A stretch of 55,576 nucleotides of DNA from a virus (taxonomy: Duplodnaviria; Caudoviricetes). The DNA lies in the IMG/VR virus record IMGVR_UViG_3300013770_000001, positions 1-55,576 of that record; one strand, 5' to 3'. Both the position numbers and the translations under genes were made by a program. A model generated the notes under the pieces. The model saw nothing but the letters and a program-made list of their open reading frames with translations, did not search any database and was not told the DNA's origin. Position 1 is the stretch's first letter; each line of letters opens with the position of its first letter. Positions 20,083-30,490 of this stretch are shown piece after piece.

Positions 20083-20880
20083 ATGGCTGACGTATACCCT
20101 GTCCTGAATCAACCACTCTCCGCAGTGGCAGTCGTACTGCGGAGTGTGGAATTCTATGCCTCGCTTGTGCAGCCGATGGCTATTGGCGATATGGGCGACA
20201 AGGGCGCTGCCCCGATTCTGACTCAGGCCATTGTCTTGACGACGATCTTGGCCCGAAGCGCGAATCTGGAACCAGTCATAATCGCTTTAGCAACGGCAGC
20301 AGTTGCCACTTCGTCCAAGGTGCTGGCGCAGGCAACAGTGCTTCTCGCGGCAGTGGCCGTGACTCGAAGTGCTAACCTGTCCGTCTCCCAGCCCCTAGTG
20401 TCAAAGCCGATGCCGCTGGCATACAACGACAACGCAAGCGACTGTGCGTATGCGCCATGGATCAGTGCCGGGGCGCTGACGCCACCGCCGGCGACACTGA
20501 CTCTTGGAACAAGGACATCTGTTCTCTTCGACGATGGATTGGGGAACACTCTCCAGATCAAGAATCCGTCATTTGGGAACGTGGACACAATGGATCTGCA
20601 CCGGCTCGTCTTGGAGACTCGCGGTGGCGAGACACGTGTCTTCCGTGATAGTAATTGGCCAACCGACTATATCTTCAAGATCAAGTTCCGTGCCCTCTGC
20701 GATGCCGATGCCCTCGCATTGCAGAACTTCCTCCTTGCCACGCCGGGCCGTCTGATGACCTATACAGACCACGAGAATCGCGAGTGGGAAGGTCTTCTCA
20801 CGACGCCTGATTCCGGAATCCCACAAGTGGGTAAGAAGAATTTCGAGTGCGAGTTGATCTTCATTGGGAGGCCAGCATGA
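20083..20880 (+). CDS. Tail protein with C-terminal distal-tail-like domain
   Basis: C-terminal half aligns with the next ORF (KNP.F...; F.F; L.F; G....TDH....W). Confidence 0.5.
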   Translation: MADVYPVLNQPLSAVAVVLRSVEFYASLVQPMAIGDMGDKGAAPILTQAIVLTTILARSANLEPVIIALATAAVATSSKVLAQATVLLAAVAVTRSANLSVSQPLVSKPMPLAYNDNASDCAYAPWISAGALTPPPATLTLGTRTSVLFDDGLGNTLQIKNPSFGNVDTMDLHRLVLETRGGETRVFRDSNWPTDYIFKIKFRALCDADALALQNFLLATPGRLMTYTDHENREWEGLLTTPDSGIPQVGKKNFECELIFIGRPA

Positions 20881-21281
20881 TAACACTTTCGGCACCCTCT
20901 GAGGCACCGGAGACGGCGAGCCTGCTCAAGAATCCCGAGTTCGCAGATGAGCAGGCACTCAGTATCAAGATGACACATTCGATGGCGATGGACGGAACAT
21001 TCTATAGCTATATCTCGACGAAAGGTGTCGATGAGCGAAAACTCACATTCAGCTTTACGAAGGTACACAGAGCAAAGTGCCTCGAAATCCTTGCCTTTTT
21101 GGATAAGTATGCCGGTGGACGAATCCGATTGAAAGACCATAATGGCGTCCTCTGGACAGTGCGGCTTCTGACAGAGCCTCAGGAATTACGTGTCCTCTAC
21201 AAAATGAACCATGACGATCTCGTCCAGCGTCGGGAGGGTTGTGATTTCAGCCTAACCTTCAAGGGGGTGAAAATTGTCTAG
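20877..21281 (+). CDS. Distal-tail-like protein
   Basis: Position after tape measure; paralogous to the C-terminus of the previous gene. Confidence 0.5.
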   Translation: MITLSAPSEAPETASLLKNPEFADEQALSIKMTHSMAMDGTFYSYISTKGVDERKLTFSFTKVHRAKCLEILAFLDKYAGGRIRLKDHNGVLWTVRLLTEPQELRVLYKMNHDDLVQRREGCDFSLTFKGVKIV

Positions 21282-24200
21282 GGTACTAACGGGCACAGCC
21301 CAAACACAGATTGCGAAGAAGACCGGCACCGAGCCGGTTTTTGCCGTTGGTATCTTCTGGAGCTGCGTTCGCAATGCAGCCGGGCAAATTGTGTCTCTCG
21401 GAGCAGAGTCACTCCACTGCGATACCGACATGCCGAATCTGACGGGTGGTGGCATCCCGATTCCGCACGGTGAGCCTTGTGCGCTGATGAGTGTCTCCGG
21501 CTTCGAATCTGTGCAGGAAGTCTCAACCGGCAAGTCGTCAAACAATGTCTCTGTCACGCTTGAAGACTCTGGTGGCTTGTTGCACGACTTCATATCCACG
21601 ATAAATGTCCTCAAGATTCCAGTTCAAATCTACCAGCTCTATGAAGGGCTTGACTTCGACCATCGAATCCTTCTCTTCACCGGCGAGGTGTCCTCACCGA
21701 TCAAGTGGACTGAAGGTGGGCGGCTCCTCAGTTTCGACGTGACTGACCCTCTGGAGGGGAAGGACGTCGGCTTCTCGATTGAAAGCGCGGAGCAGACATT
21801 CTTCGCCCGTGAATCAGTGGGCAAGGCATGGCCCATCTGTTTCGGAAGCCCGATCAGAGTCCCAGCGGTCAAGATCTTCGAGCAGGTGAAGGGAGCCAGT
21901 CTGACTAAGTACGGGCTTATCACTCACGATGAATTGAAGAAGTTGGAGAAAGCAGCAGAAAGCTATGCTGCGCAGATTCAGCCCGCTGCACTGGCTCAGG
22001 TTTTTGCGGGCAGTGGTTCGTTCTTAATCGCTCCGCAACATGCGGCTCGCGATGCTGACCTCACAACACTTGGACTTGATAAGTTCGCAAACGGTGTGTT
22101 ACTTGCAGCGGAAGTAACGGGCGATGGATACTTTGCTCCGGCAGCGACCCCGATTGCCGAGGTCTCAACCGATGACGCTGTGATGCTTGATGGAATCTCA
22201 GACGCTGCCGCCGATCTCCAAGCCGAATTGGATGCCCTTCTGGAGTGGAGTCCTACTCTTGAGGCCGACCTCCGACAGTACGCCGAAGTCTGCACTGCAC
22301 TCCGCTTGCGTCAGGACGAGTCGGCCCTGATTCAGCAACAGTTGAATGAGGACGCAAAGGAGATCGGCCTTCTGCAACTTGGTCCAAGTAGTCTTGCGGA
22401 TATCGTCATCTGGCGGGCAGCAGAAGTGTCCGGTCTGAATCGATCTGCGGTCAAGACCAAGATGGACGACCAGACAACAAAGATTGGAACTGTGATAACT
22501 GCTATTCAGACCCATGATGGTCTTTTAGTTGCTGCAGATATTAACCTGACGGCAAATATTGCTGCACTGGAAGCAACGAAGACGGCTCTCGAAACCGTTC
22601 TCTTGGCTCTGAGTCTCACGGCGATTCAGGTTGAAGGCGGAAACGACTTTCCGCAGGCGACAGAGATTCAAGTGCTCGTGAACAATCTTCGGCTGAAGGG
22701 TATCTTCACCGGGGAACTCTTCACAGTGACAGACAACCAGATGGCGACAGACACGGCAATGAATCTGGCCTCGCGAGACGGGGATGAGACAAGGACCAAA
22801 CTCTGGCTCGCAGATTCAGACCATGACCTCAAGAACAAGTATTGTCTTGTCTACACGCCAGCCATTGATGACTTCAACCCCATGGTACGGGTGATCTATA
22901 TCGTGGACCAGAACGGATCTGAGTGTACGATTGAGCCAATCATCTGGGACCGTGTCGATGGAGAATTCCCATATGCCTACCACCTCTTCAACGAGAACGA
23001 CATCATTATCGAGACCTCACCTATCGTCTTCAAAAGCTGGCGAGATGCAATTGGAGATGACTACGACGGCCACTACACTGGCCTTGCGCAACTGCCAATC
23101 AAGGACTGGAAACTGAACATCGGGGACACCGTCTACCTCGACGGCAGTTTTCAGGATACCTATGTCTTCAATCTCGTGCCGACGACATCTGTTCTGGAGG
23201 TAATCGGTGAGCGGTCAATCAAGGGTGTCACAACCAAGGTGCCGATTCCATCCCGCTACTACACAGTCGGAAGTCTTGATTCTAGAATCAGTGGCTTCGC
23301 GTCCTCGATTGTCACCTTCAAACGTCCACTGCGCGCTTATCAGGGCGAGGGTTGGAGCGACAAGGTTTGGGTCACATGCCAGTCCAGCCTCGGCTCCAAC
23401 ACAGCGGATATCCTGCAGTGGATTATTACGAATTGGACGACACTTGGCTATGATGGGACAAGCTTCACATATGTGAACGGCAAACTGACAAACTACCCAT
23501 CGAACTTCGCTCTTACAAGCACTCAGAGCGCGCTAAAGCTATTGCACGAGATCGCATGGCAAGCACGGTGCCGAATCTCGATGAATGCCTTGCAAACTAT
23601 CAAGATTACCTATCTTGCGGAAGAACCGGCCAGTGTCAAGACACTGACAGATGCTGATATTGAACTCAAGAGTCTCGAAGTGTCGTTCACACCAATCGAA
23701 GACATGGTCACGGTCTTCAAAGCGAACTGGCGGGATGACCTGTCCGCCGAAGAGAAGAAGGTCATACTGCTCACTAACGTTCCGACATTCGGGCGGCGGG
23801 AAGGTGTGTACGACTTCTATATCTACAATATTCGGGAACTGGTTGTCAAATCAGCAACCTTCTGGGCGATTCGGTATGGCAACTCATGGAAGCGGGCGTC
23901 TTTCGTCGGATTCCTGAATCAGCTCGACCTCGAAACGCTTGACTGCGTGACACTCAACCTGTCAAAGCAGTTCCTTGCTTTAGGAGCCATTAAGGGGATT
24001 ATTGAACATTCGGTCTACGACTCGGGAAGCTTGAGATTCAAGTTTGATATCTGGCTTCCAATCATCGCAGGACAGATGACGCAGGATCAATTCGCATGGC
24101 CCGCGAGTCTCGGAAGCGGGGTTCGCTACCCCGCTGATTCGACAACGACACGGTTCGACACCGGCGAGCAGTACCCCTCTGACAGCGGGGACACACTGCC

Positions 24201-24771
24201 AGCCGATCCGACAACCGGACGCCAGCAGTATGACTACTCCGTGATTCCGAGGGTTCACCGCCATACGACACGTCAGGACTACCTTCGCGAGATCGACATC
24301 CACAAGACGCAGTTAATTGATTCAGCCCTCGGCGTAAAGGTGCTGCTGAACACACTTCTCGCTACCGCCAAGACGGGGCGTGTGGATGCCATAGGCAACC
24401 CGGAGCATGTCCTAGCACTGAAAGCAACCGCCAATATCAAGGCCGGAAATGGAGATGTCGGGCCGATTGCACTCGACGACAGGTCGGCGGGTTCACTCAT
24501 CTTCGACACTGTAATGAAGATCTTCCGCCCGTCTGGTACTGCTGTGATGGCAATGGTCAAGATCACTGCAAATGAAAGCCAGTATGTCTACACTGCCGAC
24601 GTGTACGAGAACGGTAAGGATGGCGGTGTCACACGGCCCGCGCAAACTATCCATGTCCAGCAGGCCCACATCTCAGCGGTGCTCCCAAACGATAGTTGGT
24701 TCGGACCAGTCTACCTCGCGGCAAATGGGACATGGCAAGGACAGCATGGAATCTGGTATAAGGAAACGTAA
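21274..24771 (+). CDS. Tail tip/baseplate hub protein with coiled-coil insertion
   Basis: 1165 aa; GKAWPICFG, N.ADIL..I..W and ARC motifs of central tail tip proteins. Confidence 0.65.
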   Translation: MSRVLTGTAQTQIAKKTGTEPVFAVGIFWSCVRNAAGQIVSLGAESLHCDTDMPNLTGGGIPIPHGEPCALMSVSGFESVQEVSTGKSSNNVSVTLEDSGGLLHDFISTINVLKIPVQIYQLYEGLDFDHRILLFTGEVSSPIKWTEGGRLLSFDVTDPLEGKDVGFSIESAEQTFFARESVGKAWPICFGSPIRVPAVKIFEQVKGASLTKYGLITHDELKKLEKAAESYAAQIQPAALAQVFAGSGSFLIAPQHAARDADLTTLGLDKFANGVLLAAEVTGDGYFAPAATPIAEVSTDDAVMLDGISDAAADLQAELDALLEWSPTLEADLRQYAEVCTALRLRQDESALIQQQLNEDAKEIGLLQLGPSSLADIVIWRAAEVSGLNRSAVKTKMDDQTTKIGTVITAIQTHDGLLVAADINLTANIAALEATKTALETVLLALSLTAIQVEGGNDFPQATEIQVLVNNLRLKGIFTGELFTVTDNQMATDTAMNLASRDGDETRTKLWLADSDHDLKNKYCLVYTPAIDDFNPMVRVIYIVDQNGSECTIEPIIWDRVDGEFPYAYHLFNENDIIIETSPIVFKSWRDAIGDDYDGHYTGLAQLPIKDWKLNIGDTVYLDGSFQDTYVFNLVPTTSVLEVIGERSIKGVTTKVPIPSRYYTVGSLDSRISGFASSIVTFKRPLRAYQGEGWSDKVWVTCQSSLGSNTADILQWIITNWTTLGYDGTSFTYVNGKLTNYPSNFALTSTQSALKLLHEIAWQARCRISMNALQTIKITYLAEEPASVKTLTDADIELKSLEVSFTPIEDMVTVFKANWRDDLSAEEKKVILLTNVPTFGRREGVYDFYIYNIRELVVKSATFWAIRYGNSWKRASFVGFLNQLDLETLDCVTLNLSKQFLALGAIKGIIEHSVYDSGSLRFKFDIWLPIIAGQMTQDQFAWPASLGSGVRYPADSTTTRFDTGEQYPSDSGDTLPADPTTGRQQYDYSVIPRVHRHTTRQDYLREIDIHKTQLIDSALGVKVLLNTLLATAKTGRVDAIGNPEHVLALKATANIKAGNGDVGPIALDDRSAGSLIFDTVMKIFRPSGTAVMAMVKITANESQYVYTADVYENGKDGGVTRPAQTIHVQQAHISAVLPNDSWFGPVYLAANGTWQGQHGIWYKET

Positions 24772-25958
24772 TGGCAAGTAAAGAGATCACAGAGTTCGAG
24801 CCAGTGAAGGAGAATGCCTTCGGTGGAATCTCGCACGACCGAGAAGGCAACTCGCTGATTATCCAATCAGCGGGCGCAGGCTATTTTGGCAATGTGGGTG
24901 CGCCATTGCTGCTTCCCAAACTCCGGAAGTACATCTATTTCACGCCCGCGATGAAATGTTCTGACCTTCAGGACGGCCCGTGGCGAGTTCTTAACGCCGA
25001 TTTCTCCACAATCTTATTGGCACCCAAGAGCAAATGTGTTTGGGAGGAATCAACCTATTTGCTTGCCTCTTACCACGTGATAACCGGAATTGAGTACGGA
25101 ATGTGGTCGGACATGAATGGATTCGTCTGGCAGGATGAACGGCTGTATTCCCCGCCAGGAACGAACCAAAGATCAGGAATCTTCAAACTTGATGGAAGCA
25201 ACACTGGATATCTTGGTGTCATTCTGACACTGGCGGGCGGATTCCCTCCGATTGCACTTAGATTCGCGAAGTCAACGAATCTTCATCTAGGCGCGTCTGC
25301 CACATGGGCATCGACCCACAGTGGAGAGATCACAACAATCGACAGTTTTGTCTACACCTATGTGTCAGTCCACGCCTTCGAGAATAATGGGAGTTGCTTC
25401 GCCTGCTGGGTCTACAAGTCTGGTTCCCATTACTATCTGGAGATGTGGGTCTCAGCGGATGCCGGTGTCACATGGGCGAAGAAGTATTCAGAAGATTCCT
25501 CAAGCAGCTTTGTCCCGGTTCTGAAGTGGACCTTCATTCAAGATTCAAGCAATATACAACTCTTCTATGACCGGAGTGACTCCAACACTCCAGAATATAT
25601 CTATACAACAGATAACGGCGCCACATGGACGAAGGCGACGCCTTCAACGCTTTCATATACAAGTACGACAACGGCTTGTCCAGGCGTCATTGCTGCGAAC
25701 GGTGATTACGTAATCTGTAACGGTACGGATGTTTGGGTTTCGAGTGACAATGGTGCGTCGTGGTCGAGCGTGAAATCTGTAAGCCCTGGACCTTGGGGCA
25801 CGATCCTGATTCGGGCGACAAACGACCATCTCTTCAATTGCTATCTTGGCGGTTCTTCAAAGCTCTACATCTCTGAATCATCAGACGATGGAGCTACATG
25901 GACGGATACCGATACTGGACTCACTGGTATCGCAGATGTTTGGACAATGAAAGGATAG
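24771..25958 (+). CDS. Asp-box (BNR) beta-propeller, putative receptor-binding protein or glycanase
   Basis: Four Asp boxes: SADAGVTW, TTDNGATW, SSDNGASW, SSDDGATW. Confidence 0.7.
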   Translation: MASKEITEFEPVKENAFGGISHDREGNSLIIQSAGAGYFGNVGAPLLLPKLRKYIYFTPAMKCSDLQDGPWRVLNADFSTILLAPKSKCVWEESTYLLASYHVITGIEYGMWSDMNGFVWQDERLYSPPGTNQRSGIFKLDGSNTGYLGVILTLAGGFPPIALRFAKSTNLHLGASATWASTHSGEITTIDSFVYTYVSVHAFENNGSCFACWVYKSGSHYYLEMWVSADAGVTWAKKYSEDSSSSFVPVLKWTFIQDSSNIQLFYDRSDSNTPEYIYTTDNGATWTKATPSTLSYTSTTTACPGVIAANGDYVICNGTDVWVSSDNGASWSSVKSVSPGPWGTILIRATNDHLFNCYLGGSSKLYISESSDDGATWTDTDTGLTGIADVWTMKG

Positions 25959-25961
25959 ACT

Positions 25962-26777
25962 ATGCAAAAGATCGACCGTATTCCAGCAAAGGGGCAAAAA
26001 ATGCCGGAATCAAAAATGCCGAAGATGCCAATGATGCCTATGATGACACCGGCAGGCATGAAGAAGATGGCAAATAAAGCAGTCACCATCATGCGAATAA
26101 TTACGGGCTGCTTGATTCTTGGCTTCTTCCTCTCAATGGTTGTGAGTTGCGATAGTCCACTCGGTGTGACACCAACTGAAGCAACACAGAGCCACGACTA
26201 CGTTATCCAAGCAACGAAAGAACTACAGGCTGCACTTGCAATGGCCGACGGTCCAGATAAGATCATGGCAGTCGAGAAAGCGCAGGCGCGTTTCGAGGAC
26301 GCGTTGAATAAGTCTGTCATTCTTGAGAAGCGGGTAGAAACAGCAGAGGCCAATGCGGAGAAACTGTCAGCAGGAAATACTTTCATTGGCGGGCTGACCA
26401 GTCCGTCTGGTATCGGTCTTATCGTTACGACACTCACCGGCATTTTGATCGAGTACAAACGACGCCAGCAGAAGTCCATCTCGGCCGGTCTGACCGAGGA
26501 CGTGGAATACGCGAAGGCCCATATCCCTCCAGTGATTGTCTCCACCGTGATGGACAATATCCGTGCGAAGCAGGAAGCCCGGAATCAGACGGATGCAATC
26601 GGGAGTCTCGTCGAAATGATTCCTGACTCTGTGACTGAAGCAGCGGTGAAGTCGGCAGGCGTGTTGCTCACCGGCGCCATGGAGGGTAAGAATCTTCAAC
26701 AGATCACCGCCGATGCCAAGACCGAAGGACTAAATCTGGTGAAGGGAATCACCGAATCGAATCTCCAGACGCCTTAA
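25962..26777 (+). CDS. Putative lipoprotein/membrane protein (spanin-like architecture)
   Basis: Signal-like MRIITGCLILGFFLSMVVSC, helical linker, second TM GIGLIVTTLTGILIEY followed by KRRQQK. Confidence 0.5.
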   Translation: MQKIDRIPAKGQKMPESKMPKMPMMPMMTPAGMKKMANKAVTIMRIITGCLILGFFLSMVVSCDSPLGVTPTEATQSHDYVIQATKELQAALAMADGPDKIMAVEKAQARFEDALNKSVILEKRVETAEANAEKLSAGNTFIGGLTSPSGIGLIVTTLTGILIEYKRRQQKSISAGLTEDVEYAKAHIPPVIVSTVMDNIRAKQEARNQTDAIGSLVEMIPDSVTEAAVKSAGVLLTGAMEGKNLQQITADAKTEGLNLVKGITESNLQTP

Positions 26778-26795
26778 ATCTTTCTGAAAATTCCC

Positions 26796-26821
26796 GGAAT
26801 TTTATTGCCCAAATCCTGTTA
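26796..26821 (+). promoter_or_regulatory. GGAATTTT-N14-GTTA promoter motif
   Basis: ggaattttattgcccaaatcctgtta; same spacing as the other three copies. Confidence 0.6.
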
Positions 26822-26842
26822 ATCAAATGTGGAGATTATCCA

Positions 26843-27889
26843 ATGGCTGGAATCAAATCCACCCGAGGGATCGAAATGAAAGATTCTGGAATCAAACGGG
26901 ACATAGAACTACTGAAGGCAACCGGAAAGATTCGGGAGCTTGGGTCCAAATACAAGGCAGCTCTGCGGCATATCGAGGAACAGGACAAGTTCCTTGAGAA
27001 GGTCGTGAGCTTCAAGGATGCTATTCGGGGAGCACAGATTCCTGTGCTCCCCGTTGTGCAGTCCAAGGAATCTGAAGCGACAGCAGTTGTTCTGGCCTCA
27101 GATTGGCACGCAGGCGAGAAGTACAAACGGTCAAAGGTGAACGGCCTGAACGAGTTCAACCTCGAAACATTTCACATCCGGCAGGGATTGTTCTTCCAGC
27201 GGACGCACAACGCTCTTGAGATGCTCCGAAGCAAGTCGCGAATCGACACAGTCGTCTTGGGGCTGTTGGGCGACTTCATCACTGGCTATATCCATGATGA
27301 TCTGAAGGAAAGCAATTCGATTGCTCCCTGCGAAGAGATCACGGTCGTCTACGAAGCCCTTGTAAGCGGGATCAACTTCCTGTTGAATGAGTGCCACATC
27401 AAACGACTGATCCTGCCATGTTGCGTCGGGAATCACGGAAGGACAACGATCAAGCCGCGCTCGACGACCAAGATCGAAAACAACTACGAATGGTTGCTCT
27501 ACTACTTCATCAAGAATCACTTCCGCAAAGATCCGCGTGTCGAACTGATGCTCCCGGAAGGCACCCATCAGTATCTGGATGTGTACGGATTCAAACTGCG
27601 CTTCCATCATGGTGACAATATCAAGTATCAGGGCGGAATCGGCGGGATTCACATCCCGCTCAAGAAGGCGATTGACAAGTGGAACCAAGCGATTCGTGCC
27701 TACATGGACTTCTACGGTCACTGGCACTCATTGGAGTTCTCGGAGTTCTACACCGGTAATGGCTCTCTGATCGGCTATGGCCCGTACTCGCTCGACAGCA
27801 AGTGTGAGTTCCAACAGCCGAAGCAGGCACTCGTTCTTATTCACCCACAACATGGTGCAGTGACACGTATGCCGATTCTTTTAACGTAG
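26843..27889 (+). CDS. Calcineurin-like metallophosphoesterase
   Basis: Motifs SDWHAG, LGDFI, GNHGR, HHGD, GHWH. Confidence 0.85.
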   Translation: MAGIKSTRGIEMKDSGIKRDIELLKATGKIRELGSKYKAALRHIEEQDKFLEKVVSFKDAIRGAQIPVLPVVQSKESEATAVVLASDWHAGEKYKRSKVNGLNEFNLETFHIRQGLFFQRTHNALEMLRSKSRIDTVVLGLLGDFITGYIHDDLKESNSIAPCEEITVVYEALVSGINFLLNECHIKRLILPCCVGNHGRTTIKPRSTTKIENNYEWLLYYFIKNHFRKDPRVELMLPEGTHQYLDVYGFKLRFHHGDNIKYQGGIGGIHIPLKKAIDKWNQAIRAYMDFYGHWHSLEFSEFYTGNGSLIGYGPYSLDSKCEFQQPKQALVLIHPQHGAVTRMPILLT

Positions 27890-27898
27890 GAGCGGGGA

Positions 27899-28210
27899 AT
27901 GTGGATCAAGGAGCATAGCATCATGCCAGTACCAAAAAGTGATTTTCGTACTTGCGCAGACGGATCAATATCCGTCCCAGCAAGAGGGATTCCGCCGGAG
28001 TGTCCAGAAGGGTACGAGAAGAATCCCGGCGACCCATATTCATTTCTACCGATTCTGCTACCATGTCAGTATCGGGAATATAAGAAACGAGGGACTCGGA
28101 CCTGTTGTCCGGGAACAACATATACAGAGTGTTCATACAATAAAAAGGTCATACACCGTGGAATCTGTAAGGCATGTGCCTCTCAGCCCACAGTCTATTT
28201 CAAGGTGTAA
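27899..28210 (+). CDS. Cys-rich hypothetical protein (probable metal-binding)
   Basis: Multiple Cys including TCCP and CKAC; AGGAG RBS. Confidence 0.55.
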   Translation: MWIKEHSIMPVPKSDFRTCADGSISVPARGIPPECPEGYEKNPGDPYSFLPILLPCQYREYKKRGTRTCCPGTTYTECSYNKKVIHRGICKACASQPTVYFKV

Positions 28211-28223
28211 CTAGGAGATTCAG

Positions 28224-28487
28224 ATGACGAAGAAATTGGTTTTTCCCATGATGATGGACGGCCAGGAAATCATCCGGCAGGGTGACGTGATCCTGATCCA
28301 TCGGAGCAATACGAAAGTAGAAGCCTTCCTCGATAGTCAGTTCCCGCGCCGGCGCCCTTTGATTCTGATGTGGGATCTGACGCCTGAGTACACGACGCTT
28401 GCGACGATTCCGGAATCGGAATCGGACACCAATGAAAAGACCCCGGAAGCAGAAGCTCCCGAGGCCGGTATTGATCTTGACAAATGA
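28224..28487 (+). CDS. Hypothetical protein
   Basis: AGGAG RBS; last + strand gene before the convergence point. Confidence 0.55.
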   Translation: MTKKLVFPMMMDGQEIIRQGDVILIHRSNTKVEAFLDSQFPRRRPLILMWDLTPEYTTLATIPESESDTNEKTPEAEAPEAGIDLDK

Positions 28488-28512
28488 CTCGCTTGGCAAA
28501 CAGCATGATTCA

Positions 28513-28541
28513 AGAAGTGGCCGAATGGCCACTTTTCTTTT
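28513..28541. terminator. Bidirectional terminator between convergent gene blocks
   Basis: agaagtggcc-gaat-ggccactttt-ctttt. Confidence 0.7.
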
Positions 28542-29220
28542 ACCCTAACAATCCTTCAAGTGTCATTTTTTTGTAGATTTGTGCAGTGATGATTGAATCT
28601 GCGAGGGCATCGTGTGCATGGCCATGCTCGATCTTGAGGATTTGCGCAACCCATGAGAGACTCTGCTTGGCAAATGGGACCGTCTCACCGTGCATTGCGG
28701 CCCGGTCGTTGAGATAGTTTGCGACTGCCATCGTGTCCCTGTAGAGGCCCGAGAAATATTCCTCGTAGAGTAACTGCCCGAAGAAGGCATGAAGGAACGC
28801 CCGGTCAAAGGGATAGTTGTGTCCGAGCGGCAGAATCTTCTTTCGGAACCCACCGCGTGTCAGCGGCAGTTTGAGCATGTCAAACCACTGATAGAAGAGT
28901 TCGATTGCAGCTTCTCGGCGGACGCCTGTGAGTTCCAGCATGGTAAGTGAGAGGCCGGTTGTCCCTGCCGCCTGCTTATTCCAGCGGGAGGGCATCTCTG
29001 GAATGATATTCAGATAGAAGGGCTGGACATCTTCACGAGGTTCCAGATTCGCATCCAGCGGAAGAATGCAAAGCTGAATCACTTCGTTGAAGCCCGGAAT
29101 CAGGCCGGTAGTCTCAACGTCCACAACGCAAAGCTGATCTTCATTCCAGTGTTGGAGCGTGATCTTCTTAGGTGTCGTCGATATCTCTGGCGGCGTCGAG
29201 TCTGCTGTCGGGTCTTCCAT
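28540..29220 (-). CDS. DEDDh 3'-5' exonuclease (DnaQ/RNase T-like)
   Basis: VVDVETTG, GHNYPFD, HDALADS. Confidence 0.85.
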   Translation of the reverse strand: MEDPTADSTPPEISTTPKKITLQHWNEDQLCVVDVETTGLIPGFNEVIQLCILPLDANLEPREDVQPFYLNIIPEMPSRWNKQAAGTTGLSLTMLELTGVRREAAIELFYQWFDMLKLPLTRGGFRKKILPLGHNYPFDRAFLHAFFGQLLYEEYFSGLYRDTMAVANYLNDRAAMHGETVPFAKQSLSWVAQILKIEHGHAHDALADSIITAQIYKKMTLEGLLG

Positions 29221-29222
29221 GG

Positions 29223-29633
29223 CTATTTCCTTATGAAGATTCGGGAACCGAAGAGGTATACATACGAGATATACCGTTTGAAATACTCTTCATTCCCAGT
29301 AGGGTCAAAGAACAGTTCAGGAAGTCCTTTCTGGTTGATTCGGCCAACTGCCCATTGTTCCATATCCGGCTCGTGTTCGATAACTGGCTTTCGTAACAGG
29401 CAGAGTGTATCTGCCGGGATGTCGAGGCACGTGGGGTACTTTACTTCGCCAACATGAATCAGGTAGAGCTTGAAACCACTAAGCCACGCCTGTAGGGTTG
29501 GCCACCACGATTTTTCATTGGTGGGAAGTGTGGGCACGAGACCGATGTCTATTTCCAAGACACTCGCAAGAGAAGCCTCTAGGCTTCCTTTCTTGCTTCC
29601 TGTCCATGCTTCCGGAGATTCTACTTCGATCAT
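29223..29633 (-). CDS. Hypothetical protein
   Basis: ATG overlaps the stop of the upstream methyltransferase gene. Confidence 0.55.
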   Translation of the reverse strand: MIEVESPEAWTGSKKGSLEASLASVLEIDIGLVPTLPTNEKSWWPTLQAWLSGFKLYLIHVGEVKYPTCLDIPADTLCLLRKPVIEHEPDMEQWAVGRINQKGLPELFFDPTGNEEYFKRYISYVYLFGSRIFIRK

Positions 29634-30490
29634 CCTCGTGCCTCCTTGATCCAAAGCCTCTCGGTTGCCTGAATCCTTGATGTACCAATAGACTCGTCTG
29701 CTCGTGTGCGCATGGACCCTGTCACATCCCAACTGTGAACCGCATCCCATTCCTGATCGTCGTAAAGTGGGTGCGGATAACCCGAGAGCGCGACGAATCC
29801 TTTCAGGGATTGGATTGTCTTGAGCAGCGCCTCGTGGTCGATCTGGTGTTTGTAGATTCCATTAGAGCTTCCGTAGTATGGTGGATCAACGTAGAAGACC
29901 ATATCGAGACTGTCGAAGTCAAGTAAGCACTGGATCGCGTCGAGATTCTCGATCTGGACATTACGAAGCCGCTCATGAATCGGGAAGAATTGTGGGAGTC
30001 GATCCCTGATTCTTCCAGCTAGGGAGAGCGTTCCAGAGGTTCCCCGTCCGAAGGCTTGTCCCTTGCCTCCAAAGGAATAAATGACACTGTAGAGCCAAAG
30101 GGCCGCTCGCTCAACATCCGTCCGAGCTTGCGCCCACGAGTCACGACTATAGTAATACTCTTCCCGCCCATGAATTGTAAGATCGAGGCGATCCATTAGG
30201 GCTTGAAAGGATTCGGGGTCACGAATGACCCGGTAGGTATTGGTGATGCCGTCGAATCTGTCATTGAGAATCTCCAGTGGGGACGGCCGTCGGTTCAACA
30301 ACACTACTGCGCTGCCCGCACATGGCTCACAGAAGCCGTTGCGATATGGGAGAAGGGGCAATAGTTGATCTAGGGAGCCTAGTTTGCTTCCCGGATAGTT
30401 CATTGGCCCCTGAATGATCTTGGTGCGATCAAACTGGTGCTCGGTTGCATCCAAGTCTGCAAAGAGGTCTTCATCATTTGATTCTGTCAT
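29630..30490 (-). CDS. DNA adenine methyltransferase, Dam/D12 family
   Basis: YPGSK, EPCAGSA.V, ILND, FYVDPPY; probable start MTESN at 30490. Confidence 0.85.
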   Translation of the reverse strand: MTESNDEDLFADLDATEHQFDRTKIIQGPMNYPGSKLGSLDQLLPLLPYRNGFCEPCAGSAVVLLNRRPSPLEILNDRFDGITNTYRVIRDPESFQALMDRLDLTIHGREEYYYSRDSWAQARTDVERAALWLYSVIYSFGGKGQAFGRGTSGTLSLAGRIRDRLPQFFPIHERLRNVQIENLDAIQCLLDFDSLDMVFYVDPPYYGSSNGIYKHQIDHEALLKTIQSLKGFVALSGYPHPLYDDQEWDAVHSWDVTGSMRTRADESIGTSRIQATERLWIKEARG

